The notes under the pieces are model-generated. The model did not search any database. It was not told where the DNA came from and saw only the letters and a program-made list of their open reading frames with translations. This document shows, in pieces, positions 35,438 to 45,181 of a stretch of DNA of 64,000 bases. Source of the stretch: an uncultured bacterium (lineage in GTDB: Bacteria > Patescibacteriota > Minisyncoccia > Phycocordibacterales > UBA11359); assembly GCA_903831815.1 (NCBI GenBank), contig CAIKZC010000010.1:14914-78913 (forward strand), read 5' to 3'. How positions within the stretch are numbered: the stretch's first letter is position 1; each line of letters begins with the position of its first letter. The translations under genes were made by a program, and so were the position numbers.

Positions 35438-35480
35438 AACGGGACTTTCCTTTCGGAAAGTCCCGTTATCTTTTGTATTT
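35438..35480. terminator. Strong bidirectional intrinsic terminator (AACGGGACTTTCC-TTTC-GGAAAGTCCCGTT + T-run)
   Basis: Perfect 13-bp stem between convergent genes, followed by atcttttgtattttttt. Confidence 0.75.
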
Positions 35481-35502
35481 TTTTATTTTAATTTTTATTT
35501 CG

Positions 35503-36744
35503 CTATTTCAAACGCTTTAAATGTTTTGGAAGCTCGTCTAGCGTGACGGTTTCCTGCGAGCAATTTTTGGTGGCGCGCACCAAAACCGTATGCTCGATAC
35601 TTTCTTTTTGGCCCATGAGTAAAATATATGGCACACAACACTGCTCGGCGTGCATCAATTGATGAGTCAACGTGTCTCGTATCAATGAATATACGACCGG
35701 CATTTTGGCTTGACGCAAAATTTCCAAAGTGTACAAACTTTTTAGTTTGGCTTCGAAGCCGATGTGCACGAAATAAAATAAAGCTCGTTTTTTTGAAGGC
35801 AGATCTTTTTTCTTTAAAGCGCCAATTTTTGTTTTTTGCAAATAAATTACCACGCGCGCAACAGGTACTTCTTTTTTGTAACCGATCTTTTTGGAAACCG
35901 GATTATAACGGAATCCGATAGCACAAGGATCTTCGTCTGTGGGTGCATTAGCGCGGCGAATCGTGAAAACTGTTTCGGAATAAATATTTCGATTGGCGAT
36001 CAATTTTGGATTGATGCGATATGGAATGTTGAGTGTCTCCATAAATTCCAAGACCTCTTTGAATTGGGTGCGACTTGATTCCGATAGGCAACTGATCGAT
36101 TGCGGAGCATTGACCGCCAACTCAATGGCTTTTGGATTGTCGGAGGTGACCACCAAAGTCGGGTCTTTTTTTAGAGTGCTTTGAAGAGTTGCAGGAAGTT
36201 CACCCAAGAATTTTCTGTAGTAATTGTGTAATTCACGGTTAAAGCGTGCAGCCGAATCTCGATCGCCGAGACTGTTTAATTCTACGACCATATCTTCTTT
36301 ATATTCTTCACACAAAATAGTATAAGCGGTGTGAATTAGAGCGGCCTCGGAAATACTTTTTGAAGATCCGATGATGTCGAGCGTTATTTGTCTTGTTGCG
36401 GCACCGGATTGTTCATTTTCTCGGGGCAGGTGACTCTCATAATAGAACATCGGTGTCTGTTGATATCCTGAAAATTTTCTATCGGCATAAGCGCGAAGGA
36501 TGGCCGAAAGCTCGTCGGTATTTATTTTTGAAAAGGGAGAGTGTTGCTCTTGGGGACATCGTAATTCTCTGGCGACATGCATGTCGTGTCGTGTGACTTG
36601 AATTTTTGGCAGCAAAGAAAAACCGTAATACTCGGCGATCTTAGCAGCCTTTTCCATGGAATCATAGCGAGGAGTAAACTTCTGTTGTGACGATTTATCT
36701 TTTTGGCTGGCCTGTCGAATTTTTCGTAATGCTATTTTCGTCAT
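35503..36744 (-). CDS. Divergent histidine--tRNA ligase-like class II aaRS (HisRS/HisZ-like)
   Basis: C-terminal anticodon-binding-domain pattern (PYILLMGQKESIEHTVLVR...VTLDELPKHL); degenerate class II motifs (RQITLDIIG ~ motif 2, GFRYNPVSKKIGYKKEVPVARVVI ~ motif 3); length typical of HisRS. Confidence 0.45.
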   Translation of the reverse strand: MTKIALRKIRQASQKDKSSQQKFTPRYDSMEKAAKIAEYYGFSLLPKIQVTRHDMHVARELRCPQEQHSPFSKINTDELSAILRAYADRKFSGYQQTPMFYYESHLPRENEQSGAATRQITLDIIGSSKSISEAALIHTAYTILCEEYKEDMVVELNSLGDRDSAARFNRELHNYYRKFLGELPATLQSTLKKDPTLVVTSDNPKAIELAVNAPQSISCLSESSRTQFKEVLEFMETLNIPYRINPKLIANRNIYSETVFTIRRANAPTDEDPCAIGFRYNPVSKKIGYKKEVPVARVVIYLQKTKIGALKKKDLPSKKRALFYFVHIGFEAKLKSLYTLEILRQAKMPVVYSLIRDTLTHQLMHAEQCCVPYILLMGQKESIEHTVLVRATKNCSQETVTLDELPKHLKRLK

Positions 36745-36762
36745 GGAATTTTTTATTAAGGC

Positions 36763-37353
36763 TTATCTGTTTGTAACTTGGGATTCACCTGGCAGAAACG
36801 ATATCTGATTGAAAGGGAAGAGTCTCATGAACGGTCTTCCGATGATATATTTTTTGTCGAGCGGTCCCCAAGATCGAGAATCAAAACTGGCGGCGCGATT
36901 ATCACCCATTGTGAAGTATTGGCTGTTGGAAAGAGTTATCGTAAGTTTGTTGGAAGTAATATTGGTTGGCGCCACATACTTTTCCGTCAAAGTGAAACCA
37001 AGAGGATGATCTTTGTTGGTAATAATGACCTTGGAACCCTCGATTTGGACTGTTTCTCCGGGAAGTCCGATAACGCGTTTAATGAAATATTTGCTGGTAT
37101 CGTTCGGATATTTGAAGATGATGACATCGCCTCGCTCGATTGGTTCAAAACGATATGTAAGTTCGTCAACTATCAGATATTGATTGGAGGCGAATGTTGG
37201 GTCCATTGAAGAACCGTCAACAATGAAAGGTTGGGCAACAAAAAAGCGAATTGGAAGGATGATGGCGAGAGCGATAATGGCAAATATTGCAGTATCCTTC
37301 CAGAAATTTGCTTTTTTAGGAGGAAGAGTAGTTTCTACAATTTTTGTTTCCAT
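36763..37353 (-). CDS. lepB: Signal peptidase I
   Basis: Catalytic Ser box GSSMDPTF, Lys box YFIKRVIGLPGE, box E GDNRAASFDSRSWGPL. Confidence 0.85.
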   Translation of the reverse strand: METKIVETTLPPKKANFWKDTAIFAIIALAIILPIRFFVAQPFIVDGSSMDPTFASNQYLIVDELTYRFEPIERGDVIIFKYPNDTSKYFIKRVIGLPGETVQIEGSKVIITNKDHPLGFTLTEKYVAPTNITSNKLTITLSNSQYFTMGDNRAASFDSRSWGPLDKKYIIGRPFMRLFPFNQISFLPGESQVTNR

Positions 37354-37464
37354 ATTTTGAATATATTGTACTACGCTCGCTGTGTTGACACAAGCGAAAA
37401 TATGATGTTTGATGGTTTTTTAAAAAATTTCGCAAGTTTGGTGCAGTCGTGATAGACTACTTTT

Positions 37465-38055
37465 ATGTTTATAATCGCCGGACTGGGAAATCCCGATCAA
37501 GAATACATTGGAACGCGACACAACACAGGCAGGATAATGCTGGAAGTTTTTCGAGCACGACATAATTTGCCTGCTTGGGACGCTGACAAAAAATCTAAAA
37601 GTTTAATTTCCAAAGGTGAGGTGGCAGGTGAAAAAGTAACATTGGTTGAGCCGGAAACTTATATGAACAAATCCGGATCGGCATTGTCATATTTTATAAA
37701 ATCAAAAAAAGCGGCTGAAAATCTGATTGTGATCTATGATGATCTGGATTTGCCTGTCGGTTCAATAAAGGTATCTTTCAATAAGAGTTCCGGCGGTCAC
37801 CGGGGATTGCAATCGATAATTTCGGCGGTCAAGACCGAAGCCTTTCTCCGTATCCGCGTCGGCATCTCCCCGGTGACCGCCTCCGGCAAACTCAAAAAAC
37901 CGAAAGGCGAGGATGCTGTCGGTAAACACATTTTAGGTGTCTTTAAAAAACCGGAACAAGATATTTTGAAAAAAGTGGCAATGCGTGTCAGTGATGCTTT
38001 AGAAATGCTTCTGACCGAAGGTAAAGAAAAAGCTATGGGTGAGTTCAATAAATAA
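37465..38055 (+). CDS. pth: Peptidyl-tRNA hydrolase
   Basis: IIAGLGNPDQEYIGTRHNTG N-terminal signature, VIYDDLDLPVG, GGHRGLQSII. Confidence 0.85.
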   Translation: MFIIAGLGNPDQEYIGTRHNTGRIMLEVFRARHNLPAWDADKKSKSLISKGEVAGEKVTLVEPETYMNKSGSALSYFIKSKKAAENLIVIYDDLDLPVGSIKVSFNKSSGGHRGLQSIISAVKTEAFLRIRVGISPVTASGKLKKPKGEDAVGKHILGVFKKPEQDILKKVAMRVSDALEMLLTEGKEKAMGEFNK

Positions 38056-38061
38056 AAAAAG

Positions 38062-38097
38062 TAGCCGCAGGCGATCGTGGGAGATCGGCTGCGGCTA
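38062..38097 (+). terminator. Stem-loop after pth (TAGCCGCAG...CTGCGGCTA); weak T-tract
   Basis: 9-bp outer stem with internal GATCG pairing. Confidence 0.3.
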
Positions 38098-38254
38098 TTG
38101 AGATGGTACTCTTTGGGGTTCAGGCAAAGAGTGTGGAACCACCTCGCTATGAGCACGAAACGGCTGGAGGGATGGCGGGGTGCCGTTCCGTTTTTGGTGG
38201 AGGAACGATTTTTGCCGCACGTTCCTTCACCGGGAGGGCTCGGGTAGTCGGGTG

Positions 38255-38485
38255 CTACTCTATATCACGCCACATATCACCCGGAAGAGGAATGGGCTGA
38301 GTTGTCCCAGAAATTCCTCCACTCGTTCGGGCATTTGTATCCGCCTGTTCATCAAGATATCGGTTCATGGCTTCGCAAGCTACTTCGCCGGCGGGGCCTT
38401 CATTGGCGGGTGGTGCACCCTCTTCGCTGGTCGGTTGAATCATACCAATTCCTAATTCAAGTCCGGTTAAACCATTGCGGTTCAT
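38255..38485 (-). CDS. Hypothetical small acidic Gly/Pro/Thr-rich protein (76 aa), GC-rich
   Basis: GGAGG-ttagt-ATG SD before MNRNGLTGLELGIGMIQ...; possible promoter TTGTTT-16-TATATT upstream; located in a ~400-bp GC-elevated segment. Confidence 0.3.
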   Translation of the reverse strand: MNRNGLTGLELGIGMIQPTSEEGAPPANEGPAGEVACEAMNRYLDEQADTNARTSGGISGTTQPIPLPGDMWRDIE

Positions 38486-38586
38486 ACTAACCTCCATGTT
38501 TGTTGGAGACACTGAGACCTATTTGTACTGCAACTCTGGCATGAATATACCACAGCTTCTGTAAAAAACAAGTTTAATTTTATAAA

Positions 38587-38696
38587 CAAAAGAAAATAGC
38601 AGTTTTGAGGGACTCACGGAGCGCGACGGCGCGAGTGTGAAGGAAATTTCCAGCAGGAAATTTACCTGTGCCCTCAAAACTGCTATTTTCTTTTGT
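38587..38696. repeat. GC-rich structured palindromic repeat, copy b
   Basis: Perfect 26-bp outer stem ACAAAAGAAAATAGCAGTTTTGAGGG/CCCTCAAAACTGCTATTTTCTTTTGT enclosing core GAGGGACTCACGGAGCGCGACGGCGCGAGTGTGAAGGAAATTTCCAGCAGGAAATTTACC. Confidence 0.7.
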
Positions 38697-38705
38697 TTCT
38701 TATTC

Positions 38706-39866
38706 CTACTTCTTTCCTACAAACGCTAATGCCATTTTTTGATCCTTGGCATCAAATAAAGTTATCTTGAAATCGTAAGTCTTTCCAAGTTCAAGAGCTT
38801 CTCGAAGTTTGTCATCACTTCCAAATTCTGAAACGTGTACTAATCCAGCAATTCCTTCTTCAATCGAAGCCAACGCACCGTGTCGATTGTATTTAATGAT
38901 GACACCTTTGACCAAAGCATCTTTCTTGTATTTCTTTGAAGCTTCAACCCAAGGATTTGGTTTCAAAGCTTTGATTGAAAGAGAAATTTTATTGTCTTTG
39001 ATCTCAATAATTTTCACTTTGACAGTTTCGCCAACTTTGTAGAGAGCGCGAGGATCTTCAACGAGTGACCAATCGAGTTCGGAGATGTGGACAAGTCCTT
39101 CCAAACCTTCCTCGATCTTGACGAAGATTCCAAAATCAACGGTACCGGTGACTTCACCTTTAACTTCATCGCCAACCGTATATTTGCCGATAATTTTCTC
39201 TTTATCTTTTTGGGTTGGGCTCTTTTCTGAGAAAATAAGTTTGCCTTCCTTTGGAGTTGCACCAATAATCGTGACGTGAATTTTTGTATTTACTAATTTT
39301 CGCAATTCCTCAAGAATTTTATCCTTGTCGCCATCAACGATGCGAGGATAATGCTCAGGTTTAAGTTGTGAAGCCGGCAAAAATCCTTGGATGCCTTGCC
39401 ACAATATAATAAGACCACCTTTGTTGGCATCGGTGACCATGACTTCGATCAAAGTTTTATTCTTGATTGCTTCCTCGGCTTCGTTCCAGATAATTGCTTG
39501 CTTTGCTTCCTTGAGAGAAAGCTCGATGTATCCTTCAACGTTGTCGATATCAATAACTTTGGCTGCAACTTTGTCGCCAATGTTTATTTTTCGAACGATA
39601 TCGCGAGCGTTGGTAAATTCGCGACCGTAAATAATACCAGTTCCGTATGGAGCTAGATCTACATATACGGCAGCTTTGTCGATACTGATAACTGGACCTT
39701 CAACCATGTCGCCGACGTTTGGAGTCGCGATTGATTGCTCGATAAATTTAACCATTGGACCAGTAAGAACAGGCACAACAGGGGATTTACCTTTTTTAAC
39801 CTTTGCTAAAATTCCTTCCGCAGGTTTTTTACCTGCAGTTTTTTCGACTGCAACTTCTTTTTTCAT
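38706..39866 (-). CDS. rpsA: 30S ribosomal protein S1 (four S1 domains)
   Basis: Four tandem S1/OB repeats (GDMVEGPVISIDKAAVYVDL..., GDKVAAKVIDIDN..., GDEVKGEVTGTVDFGIFVK..., ALVKGVIIKYNRHGALASI). Confidence 0.75.
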   Translation of the reverse strand: MKKEVAVEKTAGKKPAEGILAKVKKGKSPVVPVLTGPMVKFIEQSIATPNVGDMVEGPVISIDKAAVYVDLAPYGTGIIYGREFTNARDIVRKINIGDKVAAKVIDIDNVEGYIELSLKEAKQAIIWNEAEEAIKNKTLIEVMVTDANKGGLIILWQGIQGFLPASQLKPEHYPRIVDGDKDKILEELRKLVNTKIHVTIIGATPKEGKLIFSEKSPTQKDKEKIIGKYTVGDEVKGEVTGTVDFGIFVKIEEGLEGLVHISELDWSLVEDPRALYKVGETVKVKIIEIKDNKISLSIKALKPNPWVEASKKYKKDALVKGVIIKYNRHGALASIEEGIAGLVHVSEFGSDDKLREALELGKTYDFKITLFDAKDQKMALAFVGKK

Positions 39867-40041
39867 ACATTAATAGGGAACCTGACTGGTCCGTTGTCGC
39901 ACTCGAGCCTAGGGGCTCAACATGCTATGGGCAACGGGATTAGCAGAAAGGCGCTCTTATAATTAAACAAAAACCGCATAACGGTTTTGATAGGGGAAGT
40001 ATACACTAAAATTGGGGGTTGTAAAGAGATGTTTTTAAAAT

Positions 40042-40364
40042 AAAAAAAGTCGCCGCTCCCTAGGTGGGGGCGGCGCTGAAACAGGTCTTCTCGGTTTAGG
40101 GTTGGGTGCGACGATTATGAGGCACCCGACTTCAGGATCAATGGATCCTTACTCTGGATCATCCTAGGCGGACAATATTTCTGTCCGGTACTGCCGAGCA
40201 CCGAACTATTGTGCCTGCCATGTTGGAGTCCGTAACTCCACAATATTCCTTCTACAGGAAATATCTTGTGTTTGCCCTATTCCCTTATTTCTGATCTCCA
40301 CCCGGGCGAGCTTAAACCATTTTGGGGGAATCGAGATTTCTTTCTTCCTAAAAGAACTGTTTCA
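40042..40364 (-). ncRNA. Candidate ~320-nt non-coding RNA or long regulatory leader upstream of rpsA (own promoter and intrinsic terminator, no ORF of 60 aa or more)
   Basis: Minus-strand TTGACA (40393..40398), 16-nt spacer, TATACT (40371..40376); GC-rich hairpin CGCCGC..GCGGCG + T7 at 40042..40076 on minus; ~650-bp ORF-free, GC-elevated gap between rpsA and the NYN gene. Confidence 0.35.
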
Positions 40365-40516
40365 GAAAAGAGTATATACCTAGGTTAAATTATGTCAATA
40401 GTTTGTAAATGGGGATATCTTAAGTGATATGCAATATCACTAAGTGTGTCCCTTGTGGATAAAGTAGCTTGCAACAAAATTATTTTTGATATAGTGCAAA
40501 AGTCCATCTACCCAAC

Positions 40517-41035
40517 ATGAAAATTCAGGAAAATAATTACGCATTTATTGATAGTCAAAATCTTAACTTGAATATTCGTAATCAGGGTTGGAGTTTAGAT
40601 TTCGCTCGTTTTCGTGTGTATTTAAAAGAGAAATATGGAGTAACAAAAGCTTTTTTGTTTGTTGGGTATGTAGAAGAAAATCAAGAATTGTACGATTTTT
40701 TAATTCGTTCTAATTATGTTTGCATTTTCAAACCTATTTTATATAAAGACGGTGTGATAAAAGGAAATTGTGACGCGGAACTTGTTTTGTAGGCAATGAT
40801 TGAATATGAAAAATATGATAAAGCGGTAATTGTATCCGGTGACGGAGATTTTTATTGTTTAGCAAAATATCTTCTTGGGAAAAATAAGTTGAAGTTTATT
40901 GTCATCCCAAACAAACTTAAGTATTCTGCTTTATTGAAGTTTGAAATATTTCGCGAATATCGCAGATATTTGAACGATTTGAAGGAAAAATTGGAGTATA
41001 AAAAGAAAAGGCCCCACAAGGACGAAACCTTGTAG
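40517..41035 (+). pseudogene. NYN-domain (LabA-like) gene interrupted by a single in-frame TAG at 40790..40792
   Basis: ORFs 40517..40792 and 40796..41035 are in the same frame; joined they read ...NCDAELVL*AMIEYEKYDKAVIVSGDGDFYCLAKYL, the conserved NYN core where the stop replaces a normally conserved residue (TAG vs CAG is one substitution). Confidence 0.6.
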
Positions 41036-41133
41036 GGTGGACTTTTCCATTCTTAGTACTGCTTTATGATATCAAAATAGAAACCAAGCTGTCAAGCTGA
41101 AAAATTTTTAAAATATGATACAATGTCGGTATT

Positions 41134-41772
41134 ATGGTCATCACACATTACGGCGGAGAATTTTTTAAGATCCAGTTTGGCGAAGCGACACTCGCACTTA
41201 ATCCTGTTTCCAAAGATTCAAAATTAAAGTCAGCACGATTTGGTGCAGACGTCGCTCTCGTCAGTTTAAATGACCCGGATTTTAACGGCGTGGATCAAAT
41301 TGGTTTTGGCGAAAAAATGCCATTCATTGTTAATGGTCCTGGTGAATATGAGATCAAAGGTATTTTTATCAAAGGTTTTGGTTCAACTTCAAAATATGGT
41401 GGTGAAAGTCGCATCAACACGATTTATTCTATTTCTCTAGAAAATATGAATCTCTGTTTTCTGGGTGCGCTTGGTACGACGGAATTGTCAGCTGAAATAA
41501 AAGAGGCACTTGGAGATATAGATATCGTCTTTTTGCCGATTGGTGGAGAAGGAGTGCTTACGGCGGCTGAAGCCAATAAAGTGGCGACAGGACTCGAGCC
41601 AAAAATGATTATTCCGATGCATTTTGACGGTATGGGTGACAAAAGTTCTCTTACAAAATTTTTAAAAGAATCGGGATCTGAAGACGTAAAACCGGCCGAC
41701 AAATTAACCATCAAGAAAAAAGATTTGGAAGGCAAGGAAGGGGATGTTGTGGTCTTGTCTTCACAAGCGTAA
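41134..41772 (+). CDS. MBL-fold metal-dependent hydrolase (UPF0173-like)
   Basis: ~212 aa; beta-lactamase-fold pattern with His/Asp clusters (HFDGMGD), N-terminal VITHYGGEFFKI. Confidence 0.45.
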   Translation: MVITHYGGEFFKIQFGEATLALNPVSKDSKLKSARFGADVALVSLNDPDFNGVDQIGFGEKMPFIVNGPGEYEIKGIFIKGFGSTSKYGGESRINTIYSISLENMNLCFLGALGTTELSAEIKEALGDIDIVFLPIGGEGVLTAAEANKVATGLEPKMIIPMHFDGMGDKSSLTKFLKESGSEDVKPADKLTIKKKDLEGKEGDVVVLSSQA

Positions 41773-41790
41773 AATATAATTAAATAAAAA

Positions 41791-42213
41791 ATGGATCTCA
41801 TAAATCGTCTCCGCGAAAAACCAAGGTCAACAAAAAATGCGATTGCGATCACAACGAGCGCTGTGGTGACACTAGTGATTTTTGGATTGTGGATGTCGGT
41901 TTTTAATTTTGGAATGAGTACAAAACCGGCTGAGATCACGGCGGCGGTTCAAAATTCCGAAACTGATTTAAATCCATTTTCCGCTTTTTGGTCGGTGCTT
42001 TCAAAAGGTTGGGGAGGTTTGATGGAAAGTATAAATCAAGCTAAATCGGGGTTTGCTCAAATTCAAAATATTGCATCTTCGACGCAAGCTGCCGTGCAAT
42101 CGGGAGTAATTTTGGATACTCCGGCGACACAATCAACAAAAGACACAACCCCTAATCCATCTTCTCAAAAAGACGTATTAATCCTTACGGGTGACGAGAA
42201 TAACGGCAATTAA
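41791..42213 (+). CDS. Hypothetical membrane-anchored protein
   Basis: N-terminal TM AIAITTSAVVTLVIFGLW; 140 aa. Confidence 0.35.
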   Translation: MDLINRLREKPRSTKNAIAITTSAVVTLVIFGLWMSVFNFGMSTKPAEITAAVQNSETDLNPFSAFWSVLSKGWGGLMESINQAKSGFAQIQNIASSTQAAVQSGVILDTPATQSTKDTTPNPSSQKDVLILTGDENNGN

Positions 42214-42297
42214 ATTACGCCATAAAATTGTTTAAAATGGCTGTTATTTTGCTTCCAAATATGGTATAATAGACCGACATAATTCATCAAAATCAGT

Positions 42298-44763
42298 ATG
42301 GCTAAAGACAATTCTAAAGACATAAAAACCCCGCCGTTGGAGGCTAAAGCTCTGGTTGCGCGCAATATTTCGACCGAAATGAAAGAGTCGTTTATCGACT
42401 ATGCTATGTCGGTTATTACCGATCGAGCACTTACTGATGTGCGTGATGGTTTCAAACCGGTGCATCGTCGTATTTTGTACGCGATGAACGAAATGGGTCT
42501 CACGGCCGGTGGCAAAAATCGTAAATCAGCAGCTGTTGTTGGAGAGGTGCTCGGTAACTATCATCCGCACGGTGATGTCGCGGTTTATGAATCCATGGTC
42601 AAAATGGCGCAGGGTTTCTCGATGCGCTACCCGATGGTTTTAGGTCAAGGAAACTTTGGATCGATTGATGGAGACTCGGCTGCTGCGATGCGTTACACCG
42701 AAGCTAAGATGTCTAGGCTTGCCGGTGAAATGCTTAAAGATATTGAAAAAGAAACGGTGGATTTCCGACCAAACTATGACGGTACACGCAAAGAGCCTGT
42801 GGTTTTACCGGCCGCTGTTCCGAACTTACTCCTTAATGGTACTCTCGGCATCGCTGTTGGTATGGCTTCTAACGTGCCACCACACAATTTGCGCGAGATT
42901 GTTGATGCGACGATACATTTAATAGACAACTCGGATGCAACGACTGAGGACTTGATGCAATTTGTCAAAGGTCCGGATTTTCCGACCGGTGGAGTGGCTT
43001 TTGGTTACAAAGATATTCAACATGCTTATGCCAATGGTAAAGGAGGTGTCGTGGTGCGTGGTGAAGCGGAAATTGTGGAGACTAAAGCTGGCGCTTTCCA
43101 AATTATCATTACTTCAATTCCATATCGCGTAAATAAATCTGAATTGATTCAGAAAATTGCCGAATTGGTGCGTGAGAAAAAGGTTGAAGGCATTAACGAG
43201 CTTCGTGATGAGTCGACCAAGGATATTCGTGTTGTGGTGGGGTTGAAGCGCGACGCGCATGCTCAAGCCGTGCTCAACTTTTTATACAAACATACGCAGT
43301 TGGAGGAAGCTTTCAATTACAATATGGTCGCGCTTCTTAAAGGTGTTCCCCAAACTCTCTCCCTCAAAACCATTTTGGAAGAATTTATCGATCACCGTAA
43401 AGTGGTTATTCGTCGACGTACCGAATTCGATCTCCGAAAAGCCGAAGATCGCGAGCATATTTTGCTCGGTTTGAAAAAAGCGCTCGATCATATCGACGAA
43501 ATCGTTCAGCTCATCAAAAAATCCAAAGATACTCCGACCGCTCATGCCAATTTGATCGCCAAATTCCGTTTTTCCGACAAACAAGCGGCCGCAATTTTGG
43601 AAATGAAGCTCTCGCGACTTGCCGGTCTTGAGCGACAGAAAATTGAGGATGAATTAAATGCTGTTCAAGCTTTGATCCAAGAGCTCAAAGAAATTTTGTC
43701 CAATATTAAAAAATTGGTGGGCATTGTTAAAACAGAACTCAAAGAAATTTCAGAAAAATATGGCGATGAGCGACGCACCAAGATCGTCAAACATGCCGTT
43801 CAAGAATTTTCTATGGAAGATTTGATTCCAAACGAAGAAAGCGTTTTGGTTTTGACTAAAGGTGGATATATAAAACGTACCAATCCGGATGAATATCGCA
43901 AACAGCGTCGAGGTGGCGTTGGTGTGGTTGACCTTGATACTAAAGAGGAAGATTTTGTCACACATTTCTTGAAAGCCAGCACGCACAACGATTTGCTTTT
44001 CTTTACCGACAAAGGCAAGGCCTATCAGATCAAGATGTACGATATTCCTGAGGGACGACGAGCGACTCGTGGCAAGTCAATCATGAACTTTTTGTCTTTG
44101 AATCAGGAAGAAAAAGTGACTTCAATTTTGCCAATGCCAAAAGAGATCAAAGGCAGTACACTTTCGCTTGTAATGGTAACGCGTCAGGGAGTTTCCAAAA
44201 AATGCGCCGCTGAAAGTTTCCAAGATGTTCGACGATCGGGAATTATCGCAATCAAACTTGGCGAAGGTGATGAACTTATTTCCGTTGGATTTGCGGACAA
44301 GGGCGACGACATATTCGTGGCCACTCATAAAGGACAATCAATCCGATTTAAAGAGGCAAATGTACGCGAAATGGGTCGCGCTGCTGCCGGTGTGATTGGT
44401 ATGAAACTTGGCAAAGGTGATTTCATTATTGGTGCCGGTGTGGTCAAGAAAGATAAACAAGATTCCGAGATTTTGGCCATTTCAGAAAACGGTTACGGTA
44501 AAAAGACCAAGAGCGAAGAATACAAAACGCAAAATCGTGGTGGTTCCGGTATCAAAACATTTAAAGTGACTTCAAAGACCGGCAATTTAATCGGCGCGCA
44601 AGTGGTGACCGAAGAGGAGGAAGAAGTTGTGGCCATTTCCAAAAAGAGTCAGGTCATCAGATTGGATATCAAAGAAATTCCATCTCTTGGACGACAGACG
44701 CAAGGTGTGCGCATTATGAAACTGCGAGAAGGGGACTCGATCGCCTCGACCATTTGTTTGTAA
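42298..44763 (+). CDS. gyrA: DNA gyrase subunit A
   Basis: [28 protein letters not shown] with active-site Tyr region; C-terminal beta-pinwheel repeats; 821 aa. Confidence 0.9.
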   Translation: MAKDNSKDIKTPPLEAKALVARNISTEMKESFIDYAMSVITDRALTDVRDGFKPVHRRILYAMNEMGLTAGGKNRKSAAVVGEVLGNYHPHGDVAVYESMVKMAQGFSMRYPMVLGQGNFGSIDGDSAAAMRYTEAKMSRLAGEMLKDIEKETVDFRPNYDGTRKEPVVLPAAVPNLLLNGTLGIAVGMASNVPPHNLREIVDATIHLIDNSDATTEDLMQFVKGPDFPTGGVAFGYKDIQHAYANGKGGVVVRGEAEIVETKAGAFQIIITSIPYRVNKSELIQKIAELVREKKVEGINELRDESTKDIRVVVGLKRDAHAQAVLNFLYKHTQLEEAFNYNMVALLKGVPQTLSLKTILEEFIDHRKVVIRRRTEFDLRKAEDREHILLGLKKALDHIDEIVQLIKKSKDTPTAHANLIAKFRFSDKQAAAILEMKLSRLAGLERQKIEDELNAVQALIQELKEILSNIKKLVGIVKTELKEISEKYGDERRTKIVKHAVQEFSMEDLIPNEESVLVLTKGGYIKRTNPDEYRKQRRGGVGVVDLDTKEEDFVTHFLKASTHNDLLFFTDKGKAYQIKMYDIPEGRRATRGKSIMNFLSLNQEEKVTSILPMPKEIKGSTLSLVMVTRQGVSKKCAAESFQDVRRSGIIAIKLGEGDELISVGFADKGDDIFVATHKGQSIRFKEANVREMGRAAAGVIGMKLGKGDFIIGAGVVKKDKQDSEILAISENGYGKKTKSEEYKTQNRGGSGIKTFKVTSKTGNLIGAQVVTEEEEEVVAISKKSQVIRLDIKEIPSLGRQTQGVRIMKLREGDSIASTICL

Positions 44764-44794
44764 CAGACGAGACATTAAAAATATAAAAAAGGAA

Positions 44795-44823
44795 GCGCAG
44801 TTTTGCTCGGAGCAAAACTGCGC
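44795..44823. terminator. Bidirectional terminator hairpin (GCGCAGTTTTGC...GCAAAACTGCGC)
   Basis: Perfect ~12-14-bp stem between convergent gyrA and 44840..45181, with an A-run upstream and T-rich downstream. Confidence 0.6.
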
Positions 44824-44839
44824 TTTCACGTTTCTGGCA

Positions 44840-45181
44840 CTACTTCACCGAAGGTTTGGACAGAATAAAGACGGCCGACGAACTTCTGCATCCATGCAAT
44901 TTGTCCATCCCCGCGTTCAAACCATGTCTATCTGCCAAAACCCTGGCGAACAGACCATAGTCATTGTGAGGTTCGATCTTCACTTTGACCATGGCTTGGA
45001 TGTGGTCAGGGTGTTCGGGGGTTATCCACCCGAGTCTCACGTCGTTTCGAAAGACGGAAAGTTCCACCCTATGTTTGTCAAAAACCAAATGATCCTCCGC
45101 ATGCAGGTTAGTGCGACCGACGTATTGTCCACGAGCATCGAGTAGCACAAGCCCCGCATATCTTTTTTCGTACATAAGCAC
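44840..45181 (-). CDS. Hypothetical protein
   Basis: 113-aa ORF with GC above average; no recognisable family. Confidence 0.3.
   Translation of the reverse strand: MLMYEKRYAGLVLLDARGQYVGRTNLHAEDHLVFDKHRVELSVFRNDVRLGWITPEHPDHIQAMVKVKIEPHNDYGLFARVLADRHGLNAGMDKLHGCRSSSAVFILSKPSVK

Noticed and set aside
38100-38520. Possible RNase P RNA, tmRNA or SRP RNA in the GC-rich segment after pth
   Set aside because: I could not find the conserved RNase P P4/CR-I motifs, a tmRNA tRNA-like 5' GGGG...3' T-arm/CCA, or the SRP domain IV motif on either strand; treated instead as a candidate small ORF in a GC-rich segment.
39874-40516. tmRNA or RNase P identity for the candidate ncRNA upstream of rpsA
   Set aside because: It has no tRNA-like ends or CCA, and no P4 pseudoknot motifs; retained only as an unclassified candidate ncRNA or leader.
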